A program made the translations under genes and the position numbers. The notes under the pieces are model-generated. The model ran no database searches. It was not told where the DNA came from and was given only the letters and a program-made list of their open reading frames with translations. A stretch of DNA of 62,454 nucleotides, filler included, from Chiloscyllium plagiosum (lineage: Eukaryota), in the NCBI RefSeq assembly GCF_004010195.1. It is 3 parts of one record of this genome, joined end to end, with 100 filler letters (N's around TTAATTAATTAA, not from the genome) between each part and the next. Parts side by side here need not be neighbours in the genome. Positions count along the whole stretch, not along the records: positions 1 to 30,461 come from NC_057710.1; 2 more parts are not named here. The stretch is one strand, 5' to 3'. Below are positions 12,833 to 23,793 of the stretch, in pieces; the stretch's first letter is position 1; every line of letters starts with the position of its first letter.

Positions 12833-13326
12833 AGAGTCACAGCGTCATAGATATGTACAGCATGGAAATAGACCCTTCAGTCCAACCCATCCATGCTGAC
12901 CAGATATCCCAACCCATTCTAGTCCCACCTGCCAGCACCCGGCCCATATCCATTCAAACCCTTCCTATCATATACTCCTCCAAATGCATCTTAAATGTTG
13001 TAATTGTACCAGTCTCCACCACTTCCTCTGGCAGCTGATTCCATACACGTTACACCCTCTGTGTGAAAATGTTGCCCCTGAGGTGTCTTTTATATCTTTC
13101 CCCTTTCACCCTAAACCTATGCCCTCTAGTTCTGGACTCCCCAACCCCAGGGAAAAGACCTTGCCTATTTACCCCATCCATACCCTTCATAATTTTATAA
13201 ACCTCTATAAGGTCATCCCTCAGCCTTCGATGCTACAGGGAAAACAGCCTCAGCCTGTTCAGCCTCTCCCTATAGCTCAAATCCTCCAACCCTGGCAACA
13301 TCCTTGTAAGTCTTTTCTGAACCCTC
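12833..13326 (-). mobile_element. Same-family CR1 3' end inserted into the RT of the host CR1
   Basis: Closely similar to 12150-12590; interrupts the RT at the SKFADDTK-coding region. Confidence 0.8.
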
Positions 13327-14013
13327 TGACTGTACCTCTTATGCTCGCATTCAAATCATTTATGTAAATGACAAAAATCAGAGGACCCAGAACCGATCCT
13401 TGTGGCACTCCACTGGTCACAGGCCTCCAGTCTGAAAAACAACCCTCCACCATCACCCTCTGTCTTCTACCTTTGAGCCAGTTCTGTATCCAATTGGCTA
13501 GTTCTCCTTGTATTCTGTGAGATCTAACCTTGCAAATCAATCTCCCATGGGGAACTTTGTCGAACGCCTTACTGAAGTCCATATAGATCACATCTACCAC
13601 TCTGCCCTCATCAATCTCCTTTGTTACTTCTTCAAAAAACTCAATCAAGTTTGTGAGACATGATTTCCCACGCACAAAGCCATGTTGACTATCCCTAATC
13701 AGTCTTTGCCTTTCCAAATACATATACATCCTGTCTCTCAGGGTTCTCTCCAACAACTTGCCCACCACTGAGGTCAGGCTCACCAGTCTATAGTTCCCTG
13801 GCTTGTCTTTACCACCATTCTTAAACAGTGGCACCACGTTAGCCAACCTCCAGTCTTCTGGCACCTCACCTGTGACTATGGATGATAAAAATATCTCAGC
13901 CAGATACCCAGCAATCGCTTCTCTAGCTTCCCACAGAGTTCTAGGGTACACCTGATCAGATCCTGGAGATTTATCCACCTTTACCCATTTGAAGACATCC
14001 AGCACTTCCCCCT

Positions 14014-14442
14014 AACACCATAAGACCTTAAGACATAGGAGCGGAAGTAAGGACATTTGGCCCATCGAGTCCACTCCACCATTCAATCATGGCTGATGGG
14101 CATTTCAACTCCACTTACCCGCATTCTCCCCGTAGCCCTTAATTCCTTGTGACATCAAGAATTTATCAATCTCTGCCTTGAAGACATTTAGCATCCCGGT
14201 CTCCACTGCACTCTGCGGCAATGAATTCCACAGGCCCACCACTCTCTGGCTGAAGAAATGTCTCCGCATTTCTGTTCTGAATTTACCCCCTCTAATTCTA
14301 AGGCTGTGTCCACGGGTCCTAGTCTCCTCGCCTAACGGAAACAATTTCCTAGCGTCCACCCTCTCCAAGCCATGTATTATTTTGTAAGTTTCTATTAGAT
14401 CTCCCCTTAATCTTCTAAACTCCAATGAATACAATTCCAGGA
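14014..14442 (-). mobile_element. Nested CR1 3' end of a different subfamily, (TCTTATGG)-type tail
   Basis: ORF 14105-14479: [40 protein letters not shown]. Confidence 0.88.
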
Positions 14443-14605
14443 CCCTCTGTAATATGAACATTTTGCAAGATGTCACCATCTATTTCCCGACAGGTTATAT
14501 CTTCCACATCCTTTTCCACAATAAATACTGATGCAAAATACTCATTTAGTATCTCCCCCATTTTCTGCGGCTCCACACAAAGGCCGCCTTGCTGATCTTT
14601 GAGGA

Positions 14606-14823
14606 GCTGAAAATGTGCTTCTGGAAATGCGCAGCAGGTCAGGCAGCATCCAAGGAGCAGGAGAATCGACGTTTCGGGCATGAGCCCTTCTTCAGGAATT
14701 GTTCAGGCTCATGCCCGAAACGTCGATTCTCCTGCTCCTTGGATGCTGCCTGACCTGCTGCGCTTTTCCAGCAACACATTTTCAGCTCTGATCTCCAGCA
14801 TCTGCAGTCCTCACTTTCTCCTA
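14606..14823. mobile_element. Fold-back PLE-derived mini-element with an intact hammerhead core
   Basis: ~85-bp near-perfect inverted arms; TSD GCTGATCTTTGAGGA at 14591-14605 / 14824-14838. Confidence 0.9.
14664..14699 (-). ncRNA. Minimal type-I hammerhead ribozyme (PLE-type)
   Basis: AUUC-CUGAAGA-A-GGGC-UCAU-GCCC-GAAA-CGUC-GAUU. Confidence 0.75.
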
Positions 14824-17211
14824 GCTGATCTTTGAGGAACCCTATTCTCTCCCTAGTTACCATTTTGTCCTTTATGTATTTGTAAAAACTCTTTGGATTC
14901 TCCTTAATTCTATTTGCCAAAGCTATCTCATGTCCCTGTTTTGCCCTCCTGATTTCCCTCTTAAGTATACTCCTGATTCCTTTATACTCTTCTAAGGATT
15001 CACTCGATCTACTCTGTCTATACCTGACATATGCTTCCTTCTTTTTCTTAACCAAACCCTCAAATTCTTTAGTCCTCCAGCATTCCCTATACCTACCAGC
15101 CTTTCCTTTCACCCTGACAGGAATATACTTTCTCTGGATTCTCGTTATCTTATTCCCGAAGGCTTCCCATTTTCCAGCTGTCCCTTCACCTGCGAAAATC
15201 TGCCCCCAATCAGAGCTTTCGAAAGTTCTTGTCTAATACTGTCAAAACTGGCCTCTCTCAATTTAGAACTTCAACTTTTAGATCTGGTCTATCCTTTTCC
15301 ATCACTATTTTAAAAAGAAAAGAATTATGGTCGCTGGCCCCAAAGTGCTCCCCCACTGACACCTCAGTCACCTGCCCTGCCTTATTTCCCAAGAGTAGAT
15401 CAAGTTTTGCACCTTCTCTAGTAGGTACATCCACATACTGAATCAGGAAATTGTCTTGTACACACTTAACAAATTCCTCTCCATTTAAACCCTTAACACT
15501 ATGGCAGTCCCAGTCTATGTTTGGAAAGTTAAAATCCCTTACCATAACCACCCTATTATTCTTACAGATAGCTGAGATCTCCTTACAAGTGTGATTCTCA
15601 AATTCCCTCTGACTATTGGAGGGGTCTATAATACAATCCCAATAAGGTGATCATCCCTTTCTTATTTCTCAGTTCCACCCAAATAACTTCCCTGGATATA
15701 TTTCCAGGAATATCCTCCCTCAGCACAGCTGTAATGCTAACCCTTATCAAAAACGCCACTCCCCCTCCTCTCTTGCCTCCCTTTCTATCCTNNNNNNNNN
15801 NNNNNNNNNNNNNNNNNNNNNNNNNNNNNNNNNNNNNNNNNNNNNNNNNNNNNNNNNNNNNNNNNNNNNNNNNNNNNNNNNNNNNNNNNNNNNNNNNNNN
15901 NNNNNNNNNNNNNNNNNNNNNNNNNTACTAGTTTAAATCCTCCCAAGCAGTTCTAGCAAATTTCCCTGCCAGTATATTAGTCCCCTTCCAATTTAGGTGC
16001 AATCCGTCCTTCTTGTTCAGGTCACTTCTACCCCAAAAGAGATTCCAATGATCCAAAAATGTGAATCCTTCTCCCATACACCAGCTCCTCAGCCATGCAT
16101 TCATCTGCTCTATCCTCCTATTCCTGTCCTCACTAGCTCGTAGCACTGGGAGTAATCCAGATATTACTACTCTCGAGGACCTCCTTTTTAAATTCCTGCC
16201 TAACTCTCTGTAATCTCCCTTCAGAATCTTAACCTTTTCCCTCCCTATATCCTTGGTTCCAACGTGGAGAATGACCTCTTGCTGGCCCCTCTCCCCAGTG
16301 AGAACATTCTGCACCCTCTTTGAGACATCCTTGATCTTGGCACCAGGGAAGCAACACACCATTCTGATTTTTCACTGCTGGCCACAGAAACGTCTGTCTG
16401 TACCTCAGACTGGAGAATCTCTTAACACAATTGATCTCTTGTAACCCAATGTACCCCTCGTTGCATTAGAACCAGTTTCAATACCAGAAACTTGGCTGTT
16501 CGTGCTACGTTCCCAAGAGAATTCATCACCCCCTACATTTTCCAAAACAACATACATGTTTGAAATGGGTATATCCACAAAAGACTCCTGCACTACCTAG
16601 CTGCCTACCTCTCTTATCTTTCCTGGAGTTAACCCATCTATGTGACTGTATCTGAGACTTTTCCCCCTTCCTATAACTGCCATCCATCACATACTGTTGC
16701 TGTTGCAAATTCCTCATTTCTTCTAACTGTCTCTCCAGCTGATCCACTCGATCTGATAAGATTCGCATCCAACAGCATTTATGGCAGATATAATCCACAG
16801 TAACCCTTCAACTCTCTTTAAACTCCCACATCTGACAAGAAGTACATATCACTCTATTAAAGGCCATTTTTGCTCCTTCACAATCTACAGACCCCGAAAA
16901 TAACATTGTCTTATTCCTCTACAAACACTGCCCCAGGTTAAATTAATAGTTATGGCTTATATTTTAAGTTTAATCAAGAGACATATCTCCAAAAACATAT
17001 AATCAAGAAAGAACCCACTCTACTCACTACTGCAGATTCTCTGTAGGCCACACTTAAAACAACGATTAACTTATCTGATTCTGTGATGTGAGCTTCGCCC
17101 AACAATTCCTCCAAGGTTAGTTGTGAATTTCACTGTATGTTAATTTTCCCACATGCACTCCGATATCCAGCGTTGCATGAATTCAAACAGCAAAGGCAGT
17201 AACTGTGCAGG

Positions 17212-17238
17212 TTCTCTCTCTCTCTCTCTCTCTCTCTC
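17212..17238 (+). repeat. (CT)n microsatellite in the CR1 5' UTR
   Basis: Directly visible. Confidence 0.9.
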
Positions 17239-17534
17239 TTGCACTGACCTCACCATGTGCTTCCTTTGTCTGCTCTTCTCCCTTTTAAAGCTGCTGTTGT
17301 TTTGACTTTTTTTTCCAAAGTTCCAAAACAATACAACAGCATATAAAACAGTAATTGCTCTTCCTGGAATTTGAGGAAATCACCTCCAGCACCTAAAACA
17401 CCTCAGAAAAGGAGCAGCTGTTGCAGCCAGAAATTTTTCCCATTCTCCATCTTGGATCATCTCGGGGTCAAAGTTCGAGGATGGGGGGGTTCAACTGCAG
17501 ATCGCTGCTGAGGAAATGAATGAGCTTGGTGACT

Positions 17535-18370
17535 AGACTCATTGACGTTTACAGCACAGAAGGAACCCATTTGGCACATTGTGTCCACACTAATCAGCAA
17601 ACATCTGAGAACACTAATGCCATTTTCCAGCTCTTGATCTGTTCACCCCGGAGGCAATAGCAACACAAGTGAGTTATCTCAACACTGTTTCAGCGTGATG
17701 AGAGTTTCTGACTCCCCCACCCTTACAGACAGTGAGCTCCAGACTCCTACCATACTCTGAGTGAAAATAAATTTCCTCAACTCTCTTTTTAACCTTATAC
17801 TTCTTTCCTTAAATAGATAGACCCTAGTTGTTGACCCCTCTAGTAATGAAAGCACCCTCATATCCACCTTATCTAAGCCCCTCATAATCTGTTGTACTTC
17901 TTGAAGGTGCCATCTCACTTCACTGCTCCAAGCAAAAGAGCCCCAGCCTACTCAATCTTACCTTGAAGCTCCAATTCTCCAGCCCAGGCAGCATTTTGGT
18001 AAGTCTCCACTGCACTCACTTCTCTAGTTTACTCACATCCTTCCTGGGGAACAGAGAATGTGTTGAAGATCATAAATAAGATGGCACCATAAGCAGTGAC
18101 ATTGCAAACTTTTAACTGCACTCATTCGAGCGCACATGACAATAAAGCTAATTTTTAAAATTCCTTATTTTGAGGCTCTGCCACCCAGATCTAGTTTCAC
18201 CCATCAGTGGGAACAAACTCCCTGCTTCTATCGTACCTATTCCCTGCATAATTTTATATGCTTCTGTAAGATCCCCTCTCCTTCTTCTAAATTCCAATGA
18301 GTATCGCCCCAGTCTACTCAATCTCCCCTCATAAGCCAGTCCTCTCAACTCCAGAATCAACCTCATGAGC
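17535..18370 (-). mobile_element. Old CR1 3' fragments
   Basis: IMRGLDKVD..FTQSMVGVWSSL; AYEGRLSRLG.YSLEFRR.RGDL. Confidence 0.75.
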
Positions 18371-19427
18371 TAAAATGGCCCAGCAAGCCGTGCAATTCAG
18401 GGTCAAGCAATGGTGTACAACAAATGCTATTCTTGTCAGCAATGCCCGCATCCCATTTAATTTTTTATTTTTACTGTTGTTAAAAGAATGCGCCATGGTG
18501 GTTATGCGCACCCTTTATTTATTTATCTATATGATACGGTGAATGCGCATAAATGTCTGAGTTGCATGTATGTCATTTCACTTATTTATTGAACATTAAG
18601 ATTTTCTTTTGAAACTATCTAAACGTATTTTATGAGTTGCCAGCTGATATATATATTTTATGTGTATATTTGGTGTGTTACTGGACTGACTAAAAATAAA
18701 TATTTCATGTCACGTATTTAAATTCCTTCACGCATTCACTCATATAAAATGTTCACTGTTTCATTTTAAAATGAACTCAATCCAAATTGATGTCTCTTAG
18801 TCATAATGAACATAGACATCACATTAATAATACAATATAATATCCTCAACTGCTACAGTAGCTGAAATACACTCAAATCGATGTGACAGTCCCCAGACAA
18901 ATTCTGTATTGATCTACTGTTACACTTCTGATGTACAATTTTGTCATGAAAATCCATGGACCCTAAATGTATTATTTGTTCACACTATTTTGTACGATTT
19001 ATTTTTGTTTGAACTCTTAATATATATGCTGAATATGTTACACATTGTTGTACAATAAGGAGAGTATTAATATCTTAATTAAGGGATTCTGATTGTTGGA
19101 AATAATATATAAAATAATTCTTGATTATCTTTCCCTCTGCCTCCATGTGTGACTGTAGCAAATGTGTTCATATGTGGTGACAAAAGAATGTCGATCTGAA
19201 AGATTGGACTGATTTATCTCAGCTTCAGGAAGGTGCTTGTGGGGATGGTGAGATTTGGACAACTAACAGAGAGATGTGTCAGAGTGGACTGTGCCATATC
19301 TTAGTGTTGATAGTTCACTGTCACCAATTCTCCTTTCTCTATGGTGTGTCTGAATGTCAGTGCTACATGATAGACCACATGATAGACCAACTAGTAGAAG
19401 CAATTGTCTTTCATAACAAGGTAAACA

Positions 19428-19725
19428 GGGTGGCACAGTGATTAGCACTGCTGTCTCACAGCGCCAGAGATTAAGGTTCAACTCTAGCCTTGGGTGATTG
19501 TCTGTGTGGAGTTTGCACATTCACCCTGTGTCTGTGGGGGTTTCCTCCAGGTGCTCTGGCTTCATCCCACTGTCCAAAGATGTACTGGTTACGTGGATTG
19601 GCCATGCTAAATTTCCCATAGTGTCCAAGGCTATGTGGGTTATCCATGGGAAATGCAGGGTCTGAGTGAGGATGGTCTTTGGAGGGTTGATGCAGACTCC
19701 AAGGGCTGAATGGCCTCTTTCCTAA
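19428..19725 (+). mobile_element. HE1-like V-SINE
   Basis: GGTGGCACAGTGATTAGCACTGCTG head and V-domain. Confidence 0.85.
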
Positions 19726-20154
19726 GGTAGCTTTTCACATTGAAGCAACCAGTGCACTTTATGTTACTAGTCTGGCATCACTGTTAAAGTCTCTCAGGAG
19801 CTATTCAGAATCCCCTGTTACAGACCTCAATCATGTCCACTCAATAACTCTAATGTCAACAAACTGGCTGGAAGTTGATGCACGATTGACATTAACTCCT
19901 TCAGAACCTTATACAACATGTATATCATTGATACATTCCCTCCAGAGGGAAGCTTTCCCAGAAGCAGATTGGGATGCAGATTGGCTCCTGCATCCTGATA
20001 GAGACAGGCATTCAATTCATACATTACTGTCCCAGTTCAGGATAATGTGGAGTGCAAAGTGCTGCACTGCAGAAAGATGAGTTGACCTTGCCACAAGTGG
20101 TTGATGGATGTCAGAGAGTAATTGTCAATGAGATACACTGGATGTGTGAACAGA

Positions 20155-20350
20155 ATAGAAGAAGTGTCACTGGACCTGAAATGTGAACTCTGGTTTCTCT
20201 CCACAGATGCTGCCTGACCTGCTGAATTTATCCAGCAATTTCCATTTTTATTTGGACAACTTTAACATTGCTTCCAATTTCCATCTTTCTCTGACTTACA
20301 CATGGTCCATCCCTGACCTGACCCTTTTCTTAACTTCTCTGCCTCCATTT
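20155..20350 (+). mobile_element. Old PLE 3'-terminal fragment with a decayed hammerhead (family 3)
   Basis: GAAGAAGTGTCACTGGACCTGAAATGT...TCTCTCCACAGATGCTGCCTGACCTGCTG. Confidence 0.6.
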
Positions 20351-21099
20351 TAAGGCATTAGGAGGATACGTAAGATGGAAATCAGGAGAGCAAAAAGGGG
20401 ATATGAGATAGCTTTGGCAAATAGGGATAAGGAGAATCCAAAGAATTTCTGCAAAAACAATAAGGAGAAAAGAGTAACTAGAGAGAGAGTGGAGTCCCTT
20501 AAAGATCAGCAAGACAAACTACTTGTGGAATTGCAGGAGATGGGTGAGGTGCTAAACGAGTATTTTGCATCAGTATTTACTGTGGGGAAGGATATGGAAG
20601 CTAGAGAATTTGGGGCAATAATTAATGATATCTTGAAAATGTCCCTATTAAAGAGGAAGAGGTGCTGAATGTCTTGAAAGGCATAAAAGTCAATAAATTC
20701 CCTGGCCTGAAACAGATGTATCCCAGAATCTTGTAGGAAGCTAAGGAAATGATTGCTGGGCTCCTTGCTGAGATATTTGTATCACTGATAACCACAGGTG
20801 ACGTCCCAGAAGACAGGAGGTTGGCTAACATGGTGCCATTATTTAAGAAAGGTGGTAAGGAAAAGCCAGGGAACTATAGATCAGTGAGCCTGACATAAAT
20901 GGTGGGCAAGTTAATTGAGGAGATCCTGAGGCACAGGACTTACATATGTTTGGAAAAGCAAGAAATGATTAAAGATAGTCAATATGGCTTTGTGCATGGG
21001 AAATTGTGTCTCACTGACTTGACTGAGTTTTTTGAAGAAGTGACGAAGAGGATTGATGAAGGCAGAGTGGTGGACTTTGTCTGTATACATTGTAGAAAG

Positions 21100-21175
21100 T
21101 TAAAAATCACACAACGCCAGGTTTAATTGGAAGCACTAGCTTTCAGAGCGCCGCTCCTTCATCAGGTGGTTGTCA
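21100..21175 (-). mobile_element. PLE-derived short element (family 2) with a hammerhead
   Basis: TSD TGTAGAAAG at 21091-21099 / 21176-21184; related to 26232-26321. Confidence 0.75.
21134..21168 (-). ncRNA. Minimal type-I hammerhead ribozyme, second family
   Basis: CAC-CUGAUGA-A-GGAGC-GGC-GCUCU-GAAA-GCUA-GUG: stem I CAC/GUG, palindrome AGCU, CUA cleavage triplet. Confidence 0.72.
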
Positions 21176-21589
21176 TGTAGAAAGATATTCAACAAAGTTT
21201 CTCATGGTAAATTAGTTATCAAGGTTAGATTATATGGAATACAGGGAGATCTAGCCATTTGGATACAAAAATAGCTGAAAGGTAGAAGACAGGGAGTAAT
21301 GGTGGAGGATTGCTTTTCAGACTAGAGGCTTGCGACTAACAATGTGCCACAAGGATCAGTGCTGCGTCAACTGCTGTTTGTCACTTATATAAATTATTTG
21401 GATGAGTGTTATGCAATCACCAAGGATTATTTTCAGTCCTAACCTTATCACAGAAGGAAGGTCATTGACAAAGCAATGAACATATAAACAGAACACACTG
21501 GAGAAATTCTGTAGGTCTAGCAGAATCGGTGGTGAGAGAAACAGTGTTAACATTTCAAGTCGAATATTATCCTTCTTAATAGCAGAATT

Positions 21590-22150
21590 GAAACACAGAA
21601 ACATAGAGAATAGGTGCAGGAGTAGGCCATTCGGCCCTTTGAGCCTACACCACTGTTCAATATGATCATGGCTGATCATGTAATCTCATTATCCCATTCC
21701 TGCTTTCTCTCCATTCCCCTTGATCCCTTTAGCCGCAAGGGCCACATCCAGTTTCCCTCTTGAAAACATCGAATGAACTGGCCTCAACAGCTTCCTGTGG
21801 GAGAGCATTCAGCAGCTTCACAGCTCTTGGAGTGAAGAAATTCTTCCTCATCTCAGTCTTGAATAGCTTACCCCTTTTTTTAGACTGTGACCCCTAGTTC
21901 TGGACTTACCCAACAACAGGAATATTCTTCCTGCATCTAGCCTACCCAGTCCCAAAAGGATTTTATATGTTTCTATGAGGTCCCCCCACGTCATTATTCT
22001 AAATTCCAGCGAGTAGAAGCCCAGTCCATCCTGTCTTTCCTCATGAGTCCGTCATGTCATTTTGGGATGGTGAACCTTCACTGGACTTCCTCAGTAGCAA
22101 GAATGAGCTTCCTCAGACGAGGAGACCAAGACTGCACATGATACTTACTT
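21590..22150 (-). mobile_element. CR1 3' fragment
   Basis: AGAAACATAG tail; GGAGTAGGCCATTCGGCCC 3' UTR; RT C-terminal remnant. Confidence 0.85.
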
Positions 22151-22189
22151 AGAGGAGTTGGCAAGTGCTGTTTGTGCTAGTTACAGTGG

Positions 22190-22490
22190 GGTAGGAAGAA
22201 TGCATAGAAAAGATGGTGAAAGTCCTGGCAGCAAAAGACAAGAATGATGGTGAAAGAAGAATTGAAATGTAAAATAAATGTAAGGTGTGCAAAGGAGATG
22301 AGAGTAAATTCAATAAGGCAAAAACAGGGAGAATGGGGGGAGGGGATGTAAGAAAATTAGAAAACAAAGGTTATATTCTGAAGGCTATAAAATGCTGTGG
22401 GGAAGATGAGATATCATTCCCCCAGGTTGAGTTGAGTTTTGTTGGAACACTGTATCAAGCCCAGAACAGAGATGTTAGCATGAGAGGAAG
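22190..22490 (-). mobile_element. Ancient PLE GIY-YIG C-terminus and purine-rich UTR remnant, probably continuous with 21485-21585
   Basis: Resembles the GGAAGATGAG...TTCC.CCAG segment at 3090-3120; purine-rich tract. Confidence 0.45.
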
Positions 22491-22700
22491 TTGGTTTACC
22501 CCTGAATAAACATCACAAAAAACAGAATATTTACCCATTGTCACTTACACTGTTGTGTCTTTGGAGTTCTCTGTGCGCAAACTGTTGTCTGTGTTTATGA
22601 TATTGCAACACTGATTACACTCTAGAAGTACTTCATTTAATCTAAAGAGCCTTGACATGTCATTGTGAAAGATGCTAAATAAATGCAAGCTTTTCTTTTA
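22490..22700 (+). mobile_element. Deu-domain SINE (SacSINE1/AmnSINE1-like), 3' part
   Basis: AACATCACAAAAAACAGA..CTGTGCGCAAA..ACACT.TAGAAGTACTTCATT..ATAAATGCAAG. Confidence 0.7.
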
Positions 22701-23793
22701 TTTTCCATTGTTGAACAAATCACTGGAAAATGTTAAGAAATGTAGATGATCCAACAGCTCTTCGCTATCTCCAGTAAATGTGAAAATGCTGTGACTGAAA
22801 TATCTAATTAGTTATTTATTGAGTTATTCAAAAGTACATTTAAAAATCTTGTGCTGCTCATTCTGTTTGAGCTTTTGATTCACTTTGACTTCTGGAATGT
22901 GTTTCTAACTCTCAGCAGTGACAGCGAGGGAAAGGAGATTGAACACGTTGTCAAAATCATTTTGCATTGTTGCATCTTCAATTGTTCATGAATATTAAAG
23001 ATTATTCACTTTTAAATCTGACTGTGGGATGCTGAATAAATTGTAATTTGATGAGAAACAAAATTGCAGTGATGCTATTTTGCTTCTGTTATGACTCCAA
23101 TGGAAAGTAAAGGAACCATCTTTATGACATTGTGAAGTACATTATACAAAGCCTCAAGGTTTCGTGAACTGGATAGTATCTCCATTACTAATGCCAGCGA
23201 ATAAATCAGTTCTCTAGTAAGTCCTAATTTTAAATCCAATGTAGAGTGGCAGAAGCATACCTGAGATAAGTTCATATGCAAAATTATTAACGTGTAAAAT
23301 TATCTCAACGTGGATATTCTGAGCTATGGAAATGAGTTAGAAAAAGTGAGCAATAAGTAGTATATTTAAAGGTCTGAGCTGTTTGAAGGGTCAAGTAATC
23401 TCTTTCTGTGCTATATGATTCTGTAAGAAAAAGAGCATAAAATAGTATGGCTCAGGAACAGACCCTTTGACCCATTAAGCCTGTGCTGATACATGACACT
23501 ATTCTAACCTAAAAAGCTTTTACCTCTATGTGGTATCCCTCTCTGCCTATCCATGTATCTGTCAAGATGCCTGTTAAACATTGCTATTGTATTTGCTTCT
23601 ACCACTTCCTCTGGCAGCATATTCCTGACACTCACCACTCTCAATGTAAAAACATGCCTCTCACATCTCCTTAAAACTTTACCAGGAATTGACATTTCCA
23701 CCCTGGGAGAAAGGCTCCAGCTATCCATGTCTCTCCTAATTTTATGCACTCCTGACAGGTCGGCCCTCAGCCTCTGACAAATTAGTTTGTTCA

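Larger units (their letters stand above)
12140..17460 (-). mobile_element. Near-full-length CR1 LINE (5' UTR, ORF1, APE endonuclease, RT, 3' UTR), inactivated, with three nested insertions
   Basis: 5' end CCAAGATGGAG at ~17453; ORF1 ATG at 16867 (CxxC..CxxC, coiled coil, esterase to 15928); EN motifs DFNFPNIDW, LDLLL, SDHN; RT ORF 13277-14005 ([27 protein letters not shown]). Confidence 0.95.
20355..21410 (+). mobile_element. CR1 ORF2 fragment (tether and RT N-terminus)
   Basis: EIRRAKRGYEIALANR.KENPK, LNEYFASVFT, QYGFVHGKLCLT.L.EFFEEVT. Confidence 0.9.
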
